Part shown: positions 16,251 through 23,849 of the stretch, one piece after another
Layout: each line of letters starts with the position of its first letter
Position numbering within the stretch: the first letter of the stretch is position 1
NCBI GenBank assembly: GCA_035285125.1
Contig: JAYKHR010000139.1
Span: 1-25,563 of the forward strand
Direction of reading: 5' to 3'
DNA from: Candidatus Sericytochromatia bacterium
Lineage (GTDB): Bacteria > Cyanobacteriota > Sericytochromatia > S15B-MN24 > JAQBPE01
DNA length: 25,563 nucleotides
Notes under the pieces: generated by a model
The model's database searches: none
What the model saw: the letters and a program-made list of their open reading frames with translations, nothing else
Told to the model about the DNA's origin: nothing
Position numbers and translations under genes: made by a program

Positions 16251-17960
16251 TCACGGCGCCGCCTTGCCGGGAGGGCTCAGGGGCCCCCGCAGGCGCAGCA
16301 CCCCGTCCACCCCACAGCTGGCGAGCGCAGCGCTGTCCGGGCTGAAGGCCACGCCATAGACCGGGTGAGCGCCGTCGCGAAAGGCCTCGAGCGGCCGCCA
16401 CGTGCCAGGGTGCCAGAGCCTCACCGTGCCATCCTCGCTGGCGCTGGCGAGGCGCTGGCCGTCGGGGCTGAAGGCGACGTCCCACACCGTCCCCGCATGG
16501 CCCGTCAGCGAGCGCAGGGGCTGGCCCGAGGCCACCTCCCAGACGGTCAGCAGGCAGCTTGCCGGCTCGGCAGCCGGCCGCCATGTTGGGGCCAGCCGCC
16601 GGGTGCCAGCGACGAGGTGCCGCCCGTCGGGGCTGAACGCCAGGCTGGCAACCCCGCTCGGGCCCGCCTCGAGGGCTCGCTCTGCAGCCCCTGTGGCTGC
16701 GTTCCGCAGCCTGATGGCGCCACCGGTCGTGGCGCTGGCCACGGTCTTGCCGTCGGGGCTGAAGGCCACGCGGGCCAGGGGGCCATCCGGGCTCGGCACG
16801 GACCAGAGCCGGTCACCTGTCCGGGCGCTCCACAGCGCGAGGGTCCCGTCCCGGCTCCCGCTGAGGATCTGCCCCCCATCAGGGCTCACGGCCAGACAGC
16901 CGACCCCCGCCGTGGGCCCGGCAAGGGTGGTGATCCCTGCGCCGGTCTCGGCATCCCAGAGCCTCATGGTCTGGTCGGCGCTCCCGCTGACCAGCCAGTC
17001 GCCCCCGGGGCTGAACGCCACGGCCTCCACCGGCCCCGTGTGCCCGATCAGGGTCCGCACGGGCTGGCCGTTGGTCGCCTGCCACACCTTCACCGTCCCG
17101 TCATCGCTCGCGCCCGCCACCTGCTTGAGGGCAGGGTGGAAGGCCACGCCGTTGAGGGCCCGCAACTGTTGAGGAAGGCTCAGCCGCAGGCCGTCGCGCG
17201 CCGACCCGAGGCCCCTGGCCGCGGAGGCAGGAGGCAACCCCGCGCAGGGCGCGGACACCGCCACGGCCCTGCCGGGTGCGGGGCGGCTCTCCCCCGGCCG
17301 CACGGCCTCGAGGACCACCTCTCGAGGCGCCTCGAACACCGGGGGCAGCCGCGTGAGCACGGCCTGGCCCAGGGGCGCGCCAAGGGCGTCGACGGCCGTG
17401 ATCGTCAGGGGTGGCCGCGCGTTCCCCTCGGAGAGCGGGAGCTTGACGAGTTGCGGGGCCATCGAGGCCGGGACCGGCACGGCCATCACCCGGGCCTGGC
17501 CCCCAAGGTCCTGATACTGCACCGTGATCGCGCGGATCGGGCGAAAGGCGGGGCGTGCGAAGGAGGCCAGCAGCCACCTGGCAACATCGACGTCCTTCAG
17601 GCTGCCCCAACCCACGACGGCCACGAAGCCGCCCAGCAAGGCGGGAGCCACCAACGGGAAGGCATTGCTCCGATCCAGCGTGGCCCAGGCGCCGAACCCC
17701 AGGCCCACGGCCGTCCCCCCCACGATCAAGGGGGTCGCGGCCTGCGCCTGCGCTTGAAGCTGCCCCTCCTGCAGCGTCGTCCGCCGCGGCGACGCCTTGA
17801 CGTGCACGCCTTCGCTGTCGGCCCGCGCCTCGCACGCCACCTCCTGCGTGGCGAGCAGCCCCAACGCCTGGGTGGTCGCGCAACCGCTCAGGCCCGTGGG
17901 GACAGCGGCGAGGAGGCCGAACACCAAGCCAACGGGGCGCCTCGGTCTGGCAGGGTGCAT
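16251..17960 (-). CDS. Lipoprotein with two internal hydrophobic helices and a C-terminal WD40 propeller, about 569 aa
   Basis: ORF 16251..17993; GGAGG SD 9 nt before ATG 17960. Lipobox LSGC. Hydrophobic LIVGGTAVGLGFGAWATL and AFPLVAPALLGGFVAVVGWGSL. About 7 repeats, e.g. GHTGPVEAVAFSPGGDWLVSGSADQTMRLWD. Confidence 0.9.
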   Translation of the reverse strand: MHPARPRRPVGLVFGLLAAVPTGLSGCATTQALGLLATQEVACEARADSEGVHVKASPRRTTLQEGQLQAQAQAATPLIVGGTAVGLGFGAWATLDRSNAFPLVAPALLGGFVAVVGWGSLKDVDVARWLLASFARPAFRPIRAITVQYQDLGGQARVMAVPVPASMAPQLVKLPLSEGNARPPLTITAVDALGAPLGQAVLTRLPPVFEAPREVVLEAVRPGESRPAPGRAVAVSAPCAGLPPASAARGLGSARDGLRLSLPQQLRALNGVAFHPALKQVAGASDDGTVKVWQATNGQPVRTLIGHTGPVEAVAFSPGGDWLVSGSADQTMRLWDAETGAGITTLAGPTAGVGCLAVSPDGGQILSGSRDGTLALWSARTGDRLWSVPSPDGPLARVAFSPDGKTVASATTGGAIRLRNAATGAAERALEAGPSGVASLAFSPDGRHLVAGTRRLAPTWRPAAEPASCLLTVWEVASGQPLRSLTGHAGTVWDVAFSPDGQRLASASEDGTVRLWHPGTWRPLEAFRDGAHPVYGVAFSPDSAALASCGVDGVLRLRGPLSPPGKAAP

Positions 17961-18026
17961 CCGTCCGGTCCTCCGCTCGGTCACAGGAATCACCCTTGCC
18001 GTGCCCCACCCGCGCCGCCCCCAAAC

Positions 18027-18040
18027 GGGACAAATGCCAC
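18027..18040 (-). promoter_or_regulatory. Operator copy 5, GGGACA-AA-TGCCAC
   Basis: Intergenic, 67 bp upstream of ATG 17960. Confidence 0.55.
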
Positions 18041-18104
18041 CAAAGGGTCACGGCCGCAGCCGGCGCCCCGCCGCCTGACGGCCCACCCTCAGCCCGAGGC
18101 CGCG

Positions 18105-21100
18105 TCACGGCGGCAGGCGAAGCAGCCGCACCCCCGCGGGCACGAGGGCCACGGCCGCGACCTCGTCGGTCGCCGCGAGGCCGTCCACCAACCCGGTGTC
18201 GGCGCCTGGCGCCCAGGGTGGCCGCAGCGGTGGCGGCGCCGCCAGCACCTGCCCGCCGTCCACCACGCGCCACCCCCAGAGCCCGCCCGCGCGGTCCCGG
18301 GCCAGCAGCAGCCGGCCATCGGGGGTGAAGGCAAGCGCGGTGATGGCCTCCGACGCCCGCGCCTCCCAGGCCAGCCGCCACCCACCGGTCACCCAGCACG
18401 CGATCCCCCCCTCGGCATCCCCCGACGCCAGCCGGCCACCGCCCCGGTCGTACCCGAGCGCCGTCACCTCGGCCCGGTGCGCTTCCAGAGTCCCCAGCGC
18501 CTCGTCCTGCGCCAGGGAGCCCAGCACGACGCTGCCACGGTCCGGGGCCAGCAGCACCCCCACCGCGGCCTGCCCGCCCCCGGGCGCCAGCGCAAGCGCG
18601 GTGGGCCCCTGCGGCCCCAGGAGCCAGGCGCCCGCCACCTCCCCGGTCGCCACCTCCCAGCCCACCACGACGTGCGCGCCGCCTGGCGTGGCCATCAGCG
18701 CGCCGAGGTGCTCGCCCCGGGCGCAGCAGGCCAGCCGCCGCGGAGCGCCTGCCAGCCGGTGCTGCCGGCAGGCTTGCAGCCGCGGCTGGCGCAGCCCACT
18801 GCCCGCGTCGTATACCGTCACCAACTCGATCCGCTCGGAGCAACTCGCGACCCAGCGCCCGGTCGGGTCCAGCACGGGCTGACGGGTCGGCTCGCTCGGC
18901 CGCAGGGTCCAGGCCGAGGCCAGGCCGCCCGCCACGGCCTCACGCACCACGACGTGGCCGCCAGCCTCCAGGGCCACGAGGCGGCCATCCGCCGCAAACG
19001 CGAGGCCCTCGCAGGCCAGCCTGCCCGACACCGAAGGCCGGAAGCCGGGGGGCTCGAGGCGCCAGCACGTGGCCTCGCCCTGCGCAGCATCCCAGGCGAC
19101 GGCCACGAGCATCGGGCCATGCCAGCCCACGGCAAGGCGCTGGCCGGCCGGAAGGGCGATCGAGGCCTCCAGGACGCCATGGCCGTCCCACACGTCGACC
19201 GTCGTGCGGGTGGCCAGGGCCACGTGGCGCCCGTCCAGGGCGTGGGCGACGGCTTGCACGACCCTGCCAGGCGGGTAGCGGGAGGTCAGCGGGTGCGGGC
19301 GGTCCTCGAGGTCGTACGCCTCGATCCAACCGCCGGCCGTGGCCACCACCCAGTGGCTGCCCCGCGCCGTCGCGCCTGCGGCCGTCACGTCACCCTCCAC
19401 CTCGAGCTGCGCGAGGCAGGCCCCGGATGCCGCGTCCAGCAGTCGCAGCTCCCGGCCCATCCGCACGAAGACGCCTCCCCCGTCGGTGGTGAAGCCGGCA
19501 GCCTCCCCGGGCGGCAGCACCAGGGGAGCGCCCGGCGCGACCCCCGCCAGCCACAGCAGCCCCCCGGCGCGGCACAGCCAGCGCTGACCACCCGGCGCAA
19601 GGGCCCACACCACGGCGCCTTCCGGCAGCGGCACGGCCTGCACGGCGGCCGTCCCCGCCCCCAGGCTCCGGACGTGCAGGGCCCCCTCTGCCTGCCACCC
19701 CACCCACGCCCCATCGGCAGAGACCATCAGCTCTGCTGGGTCCGGGGCCGGAAAAGGCCTGAAGGCGCCGGCTCGCCGCAGCGCCCACCCCCCGTCACCA
19801 CTCCAGACCCAGGGATGGGTGCGGACCAGGGGAGCCCGGGCCCGCCCGGCCGGCTCCACGTCGAGGGTGCGCTCCAGCTCGCCGGCGGGGAGCCGCCAGG
19901 CCTCCAGCACCCCTCCGAGGCGAGACACCCACAGCGTCCCGTCCCCCCCCACTGCGGCCAGCCCGGTGATCGGGGCGCCCCCGGGCAGGCGACGCGCGTC
20001 GCCCCCCAGCGGCCAGACGACCAGCACCTCGCCGTCCGCGATCGCCAGCCACCGGCCAGCCGGGTCCAACGCCAGCCGGGGGTGCCGCTCGGCCACGGTG
20101 GGGCCATCGAGCCATCGGCCCGACGGGCGCTCCAGCACCCTGACGCCCCCGGCCTCGGACCACATCGCCAGCCAGCGCCCATCGGCGCTGCCGACGACGG
20201 GGTAGACCGGCCCCTCGCCAGCTTCGAAGGCCTCGATGACGGCCTGCTCGGCCAGGCACCACCGCCAGACCGCGCCGCCCCGCGAGCCCGCGTAAAGCGA
20301 CCGCCCGTCAGGGGCATACACCAGCGTCAGGGGCAGGCTGCCTGCCTGCCACAGGTGGGCGATGCGCGAGCCGCTCGCCACGTCCCAGACGTGGATGGCC
20401 CCATCCAGACAGCCGGCGGCCAGGGTGCTGCCATCCGGGGAGAAGGCCAGGCCGAAGGCGAAGTCCGTGCCACCTTCGAGGACGGCCTGCCTGGCGAGGG
20501 TGCCCGTGGACCAGAGCTCCACGTCTCCGCCCTGGCCCCGCACCGCCAGCAGGCCCCCGTCAGGCGAGACCTTCATGTCGTGGACCTCGCCCTCCGGGCG
20601 GTCCAGGCAGCCCTCACAGGCCCCATCCTCGGGGCGCCAGGCCAGCACCTCGTGGTGGCCTGCCGTGAAGAGGCGAGAGCCGTCAGGCACCACGGCAAAC
20701 GCGTGCAGGCAGCCCCCGGGCACCTCGGCCTCAAGCAGGGCCGGCAATTCGGACACGGCCACCAGCCGCACTTCACCGGTGTCCTCGCCCACCACGAGGT
20801 GGCGGCCATCCGGCGTGAACGCCAGGGCCGTGGCCCGCCCGCAGGGCGAGGCAAGCTCCAGCTGGACCCCGTCAGCCAGGCGGTGGACGAGCACCCCCCC
20901 GGCCAGCAGGGCCGTTGCCAGCAGCCGGCCACACGGGGAGAACGAGAGCAGCGAGACGTCCTGGCCCCGGAAGGCCAGGACGCAGGCCCCACCATAGGTT
21001 CGCCAGACGCGCACGGCACCGGCCGCGACCAGGGCAGCCAGCAGCGCGCCGTCGGCGCTCAGCGCGAGGGGCCCCAGCCTGGCCTTCAGGCGCTCCACCA

Positions 21101-22184
21101 CGAGGCGCGGCTTCAGGCCGGGCAGCTCCAGCACCTGGATGGCCCCCTCGGCCGCACAGGCCAGGACCCCGCCATCGGCGCTGAAGGCCACGGCCAGCCC
21201 GTCCGGAGGCGCAGCCAGCGGCAGGGGCACCACGCCGCCAGCGGCGCCGAGGGCCACCAGCTGCCAGGCCGGCTCCTGGTGACAAAGCACCCAGGGCGCT
21301 GCGCCGCCGAGGGCCTGCGGCACCCCGGGGAGGGGCGGCAGGCCTGTGTGGCCGTCGTCGAGCGGCGTCGCCCAGCGGGTGACGGCCCCATCCGCCTGCA
21401 CCGCAAGCAGGTGCCCTGGCGCGCCGAAGCCCACGAAGCGAACGCCCGGGCAGGACACCACCTGCCCCAGCGTCAAGGCACCCTCGCAGGCACCGTGCCA
21501 GCACCGCAGCGCGCCGTCCTGCCCGAGCGAGACCAGGTCACCGGCCTGCGTCCCGACAGCCAGGGCGAGCACCGGCCCCGCGTGACCCTGGCTCAGCTCG
21601 CCCAGCGTGGCCCCCGCGGCCGGGGGGGGACCTCCCCTGCCGGGCGCGAGCGCCTGCAGGACGGCCGCCGAGGACCAACGCGCCAGGGGGGACCAGGCCA
21701 GGCAGCCAGCCAGCACGGTGTCCCAGGGCGCAGGCAGCGCCGCCACCGCCTGGGCCAGCCTGGCAGCACCCGGCCAGGCCGGGGAAGAGCCAGAGGCCAC
21801 CATCCCGCGCCCCGTGAGCACCTCGCAGGCGAGCAGCCCCCACGCCAGGACGTCGCTGGGCTGCCCCAGCCAGCCCGAGGGCGCCTCAGGCAGGAGGAGG
21901 CCACGCCGGGCCAGCCAGGCAGGGGCCTCGGCAAGCGCCACGGCCCCTCCCAGGCGCACCTGCCCTGCCTCGCGGGCCACGTTGTCGCTCCAGACGCCCA
22001 GGTGCGCCTCGCCGCGGGCATGCAGCCAGGCCAGGGCCTCGGCCACCGGCACCAGCCAGGCCCTGGCCTCCGCCAACGGCAGCGGCCCCTGGGCTGCCTC
22101 GAGCCTGGCCGCGAGGGTCCCCGCCCCCCAATGCCGGAAGGCGCCGCCGGGGTCGTTCACCCCCTCAAGCCCGCCAGCGGCCAC
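18105..22184 (-). CDS. Kinase C-lobe-only pseudokinase fused to a long degenerate WD40 array, about 1359 aa
   Basis: N-terminus paralogous to the 14723..16135 product (GTLAARL...GPLPLAEARAWLVPVAEALAWLHARGEAHLGVWSDNV...LPE...SDVLAWGLLACEVLTG...GCLAWSPLARW). WD40 repeats such as FGLAFSPDGSTLAAGCLDGAIHVWD. Start uncertain (22184 or 22160). Confidence 0.85.
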   Translation of the reverse strand: MAAGGLEGVNDPGGAFRHWGAGTLAARLEAAQGPLPLAEARAWLVPVAEALAWLHARGEAHLGVWSDNVAREAGQVRLGGAVALAEAPAWLARRGLLLPEAPSGWLGQPSDVLAWGLLACEVLTGRGMVASGSSPAWPGAARLAQAVAALPAPWDTVLAGCLAWSPLARWSSAAVLQALAPGRGGPPPAAGATLGELSQGHAGPVLALAVGTQAGDLVSLGQDGALRCWHGACEGALTLGQVVSCPGVRFVGFGAPGHLLAVQADGAVTRWATPLDDGHTGLPPLPGVPQALGGAAPWVLCHQEPAWQLVALGAAGGVVPLPLAAPPDGLAVAFSADGGVLACAAEGAIQVLELPGLKPRLVVERLKARLGPLALSADGALLAALVAAGAVRVWRTYGGACVLAFRGQDVSLLSFSPCGRLLATALLAGGVLVHRLADGVQLELASPCGRATALAFTPDGRHLVVGEDTGEVRLVAVSELPALLEAEVPGGCLHAFAVVPDGSRLFTAGHHEVLAWRPEDGACEGCLDRPEGEVHDMKVSPDGGLLAVRGQGGDVELWSTGTLARQAVLEGGTDFAFGLAFSPDGSTLAAGCLDGAIHVWDVASGSRIAHLWQAGSLPLTLVYAPDGRSLYAGSRGGAVWRWCLAEQAVIEAFEAGEGPVYPVVGSADGRWLAMWSEAGGVRVLERPSGRWLDGPTVAERHPRLALDPAGRWLAIADGEVLVVWPLGGDARRLPGGAPITGLAAVGGDGTLWVSRLGGVLEAWRLPAGELERTLDVEPAGRARAPLVRTHPWVWSGDGGWALRRAGAFRPFPAPDPAELMVSADGAWVGWQAEGALHVRSLGAGTAAVQAVPLPEGAVVWALAPGGQRWLCRAGGLLWLAGVAPGAPLVLPPGEAAGFTTDGGGVFVRMGRELRLLDAASGACLAQLEVEGDVTAAGATARGSHWVVATAGGWIEAYDLEDRPHPLTSRYPPGRVVQAVAHALDGRHVALATRTTVDVWDGHGVLEASIALPAGQRLAVGWHGPMLVAVAWDAAQGEATCWRLEPPGFRPSVSGRLACEGLAFAADGRLVALEAGGHVVVREAVAGGLASAWTLRPSEPTRQPVLDPTGRWVASCSERIELVTVYDAGSGLRQPRLQACRQHRLAGAPRRLACCARGEHLGALMATPGGAHVVVGWEVATGEVAGAWLLGPQGPTALALAPGGGQAAVGVLLAPDRGSVVLGSLAQDEALGTLEAHRAEVTALGYDRGGGRLASGDAEGGIACWVTGGWRLAWEARASEAITALAFTPDGRLLLARDRAGGLWGWRVVDGGQVLAAPPPLRPPWAPGADTGLVDGLAATDEVAAVALVPAGVRLLRLPP

Positions 22185-22292
22185 GCAGCGATGGCGCCCC
22201 GCGTGCAGCCCCTGGCCGCCAGCCCAGGCCCGTCAGCTTGGCTCAGGGCGACACGGGCAGCGGAGAGGCCTCGGGCCCCCGCGTGGCCGCGC

Positions 22293-23735
22293 TCAGCCGG
22301 CCTTGGCATGGGAGCCCCTGGGCTCGTCGGAGCCCTTGATGGAGCCCAGCGGGTGGGCCTTCGCCACCACGGCCGCCAGGCCGAAGTGCTGCACCGCCGC
22401 GATGACGTCGTCCAGCCGCTTGTAGACGGCAGGGGCCTCGTCGATGGGGGCATGGGAGGCGTTGAGCATGACATCCATCGCCGCCAGCTCGGCGTCGACC
22501 TCACCTTGATCGAGCAGGTGCTTGGCGTCGCGACGGCTGATCCGGCGGCCGGCGCCGTGGTTGATCGAGTAGAACGAGGCCGCCGCCCCCTCGAGCCCGA
22601 CCTGGATCGCGCTCCAGTCGCCCATGGAGCCCGGCGTGATGACGGGGTGCCCGGTGGCCTCCCACCGCGTGCCCGCAATCAAGGGGTGGCCGGCCGGCAA
22701 GGCACGCGTGGTGCCCTTGCGGTGGACAAGCTTGAGGTCACCTTGCGCGTCCGGCTCCCACTGCGCCAGGTTGTGGCTGATCTCATAGAGCAGGCCGACG
22801 TTGGCCTGCGGCAGCACGGCCTCGACGGCCTCCTTGACGACCCGCGCCATCAGCAGCCTGTTCGCCAGCGCGTAGTTCGCGCCGGCAGCCAGGAACCGGA
22901 AGTAGCGGTGCGCCAGCGCCGAGCCGACGGGCGCATGCACGAGCTCCCGGTCGGCATACGGCTCCCGGTGGGTGTCGTTGTAGGCCCTGAACTCCCGGAA
23001 GGCCCACTCGCCGAGCCCGTGGCCGAACCCCCGGGAGCCGGAGTGCAGCATCACCGCCAGCTGGCCCTCGAAGAGCCCCCAGGCCTCCGCGATGGACCGC
23101 AGCGCGGGGTCCGCGGCAAGCTCGATGGCCTGCAGCTCGATGAAGTGGTTGCCGCCCCCCAGAGAGCCCAGCTGCCGGACGCCGCGCAGGGCGCGCTCGG
23201 GCACCTCCTCCAGGGTGAAGGGCTGGGGCGCCCCCACCGACGGCACGGCGTGGCACGAGCGCTCACACCGATCGACCCAGCCGGTCGGGATGGCCCTCCG
23301 CTTGGCCAGCGCGACGGCTCCCCGGTTGAGGACGTCCTCGAAGAACTCGTCGGTGACCTTCACGCCGGGGATCCGAGGCCGCTCCTCGACGCCGCAGATG
23401 CCGCGATCGATGGCGTCGATGACGGCCCGTCGCCTCAGCTTGTCGCGCACCGCCTCGGCCGGCACGTCCGTGAGGTACAGCGCCATGCCGCAGCCGATGT
23501 CGTAGCCCACGGGCCCCGGGATGACGCGCTCCGCCGACACCACCACGGAGCCGACGGGCGCGCCATAGCCGTGCTGACAGTCCGGCATCAGGCACAGGTG
23601 CTCCACCCCCGGCACCTGGAGGGTGTTGCGGGCCTGCTGGTAGACCCCGTGATCCAGCTCGGCGGCCAGGGCCTCGCCCAGGAACATCCGCACCCGTTCC
23701 TGGGTGCCGGGCAGGGTGTCGAACGACGTCGGCAT
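22293..23735 (-). CDS. rtcB: RtcB family 3'-phosphate/5'-OH RNA ligase, 480 aa
   Basis: All RtcB signature motifs in order: MPD..GYGAPVG, VGYDIGCGM, QLGSLGGGNHFIE, MLHSGSRG, ISHN, VHRKG, PGSMG, NHGAGR, DEAPAVYK, IKG. GGAGG SD upstream. Confidence 0.97.
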   Translation of the reverse strand: MPTSFDTLPGTQERVRMFLGEALAAELDHGVYQQARNTLQVPGVEHLCLMPDCQHGYGAPVGSVVVSAERVIPGPVGYDIGCGMALYLTDVPAEAVRDKLRRRAVIDAIDRGICGVEERPRIPGVKVTDEFFEDVLNRGAVALAKRRAIPTGWVDRCERSCHAVPSVGAPQPFTLEEVPERALRGVRQLGSLGGGNHFIELQAIELAADPALRSIAEAWGLFEGQLAVMLHSGSRGFGHGLGEWAFREFRAYNDTHREPYADRELVHAPVGSALAHRYFRFLAAGANYALANRLLMARVVKEAVEAVLPQANVGLLYEISHNLAQWEPDAQGDLKLVHRKGTTRALPAGHPLIAGTRWEATGHPVITPGSMGDWSAIQVGLEGAAASFYSINHGAGRRISRRDAKHLLDQGEVDAELAAMDVMLNASHAPIDEAPAVYKRLDDVIAAVQHFGLAAVVAKAHPLGSIKGSDEPRGSHAKAG

Positions 23736-23808
23736 GGGTCCAGGTCCCTCCCGGGCGACCCGCGGCCACCCTGGTGGCTTGCATCCCCCAAAGCGGTCCC
23801 AGCGCCAC

Positions 23809-23822
23809 GGGACATGTGTCCC
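23809..23822 (-). promoter_or_regulatory. Operator copy 6, perfect inverted repeat GGGACA-TG-TGTCCC
   Basis: Intergenic, 74 bp upstream of the rtcB ATG. Confidence 0.7.
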
Positions 23823-23849
23823 GAGTTTTGCCGACGTGGGCCCCGCCCC

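Noticed and set aside
100..21200. Dispersed short repeat CCGTCCGGGCTGAAGGC as a possible CRISPR, DGR or concerted-evolution repeat
   Set aside because: It encodes AFSPDG inside WD40 blades, with irregular spacing and diverged flanks. No cas or reverse transcriptase gene and no near-identical template/variable pair were seen.
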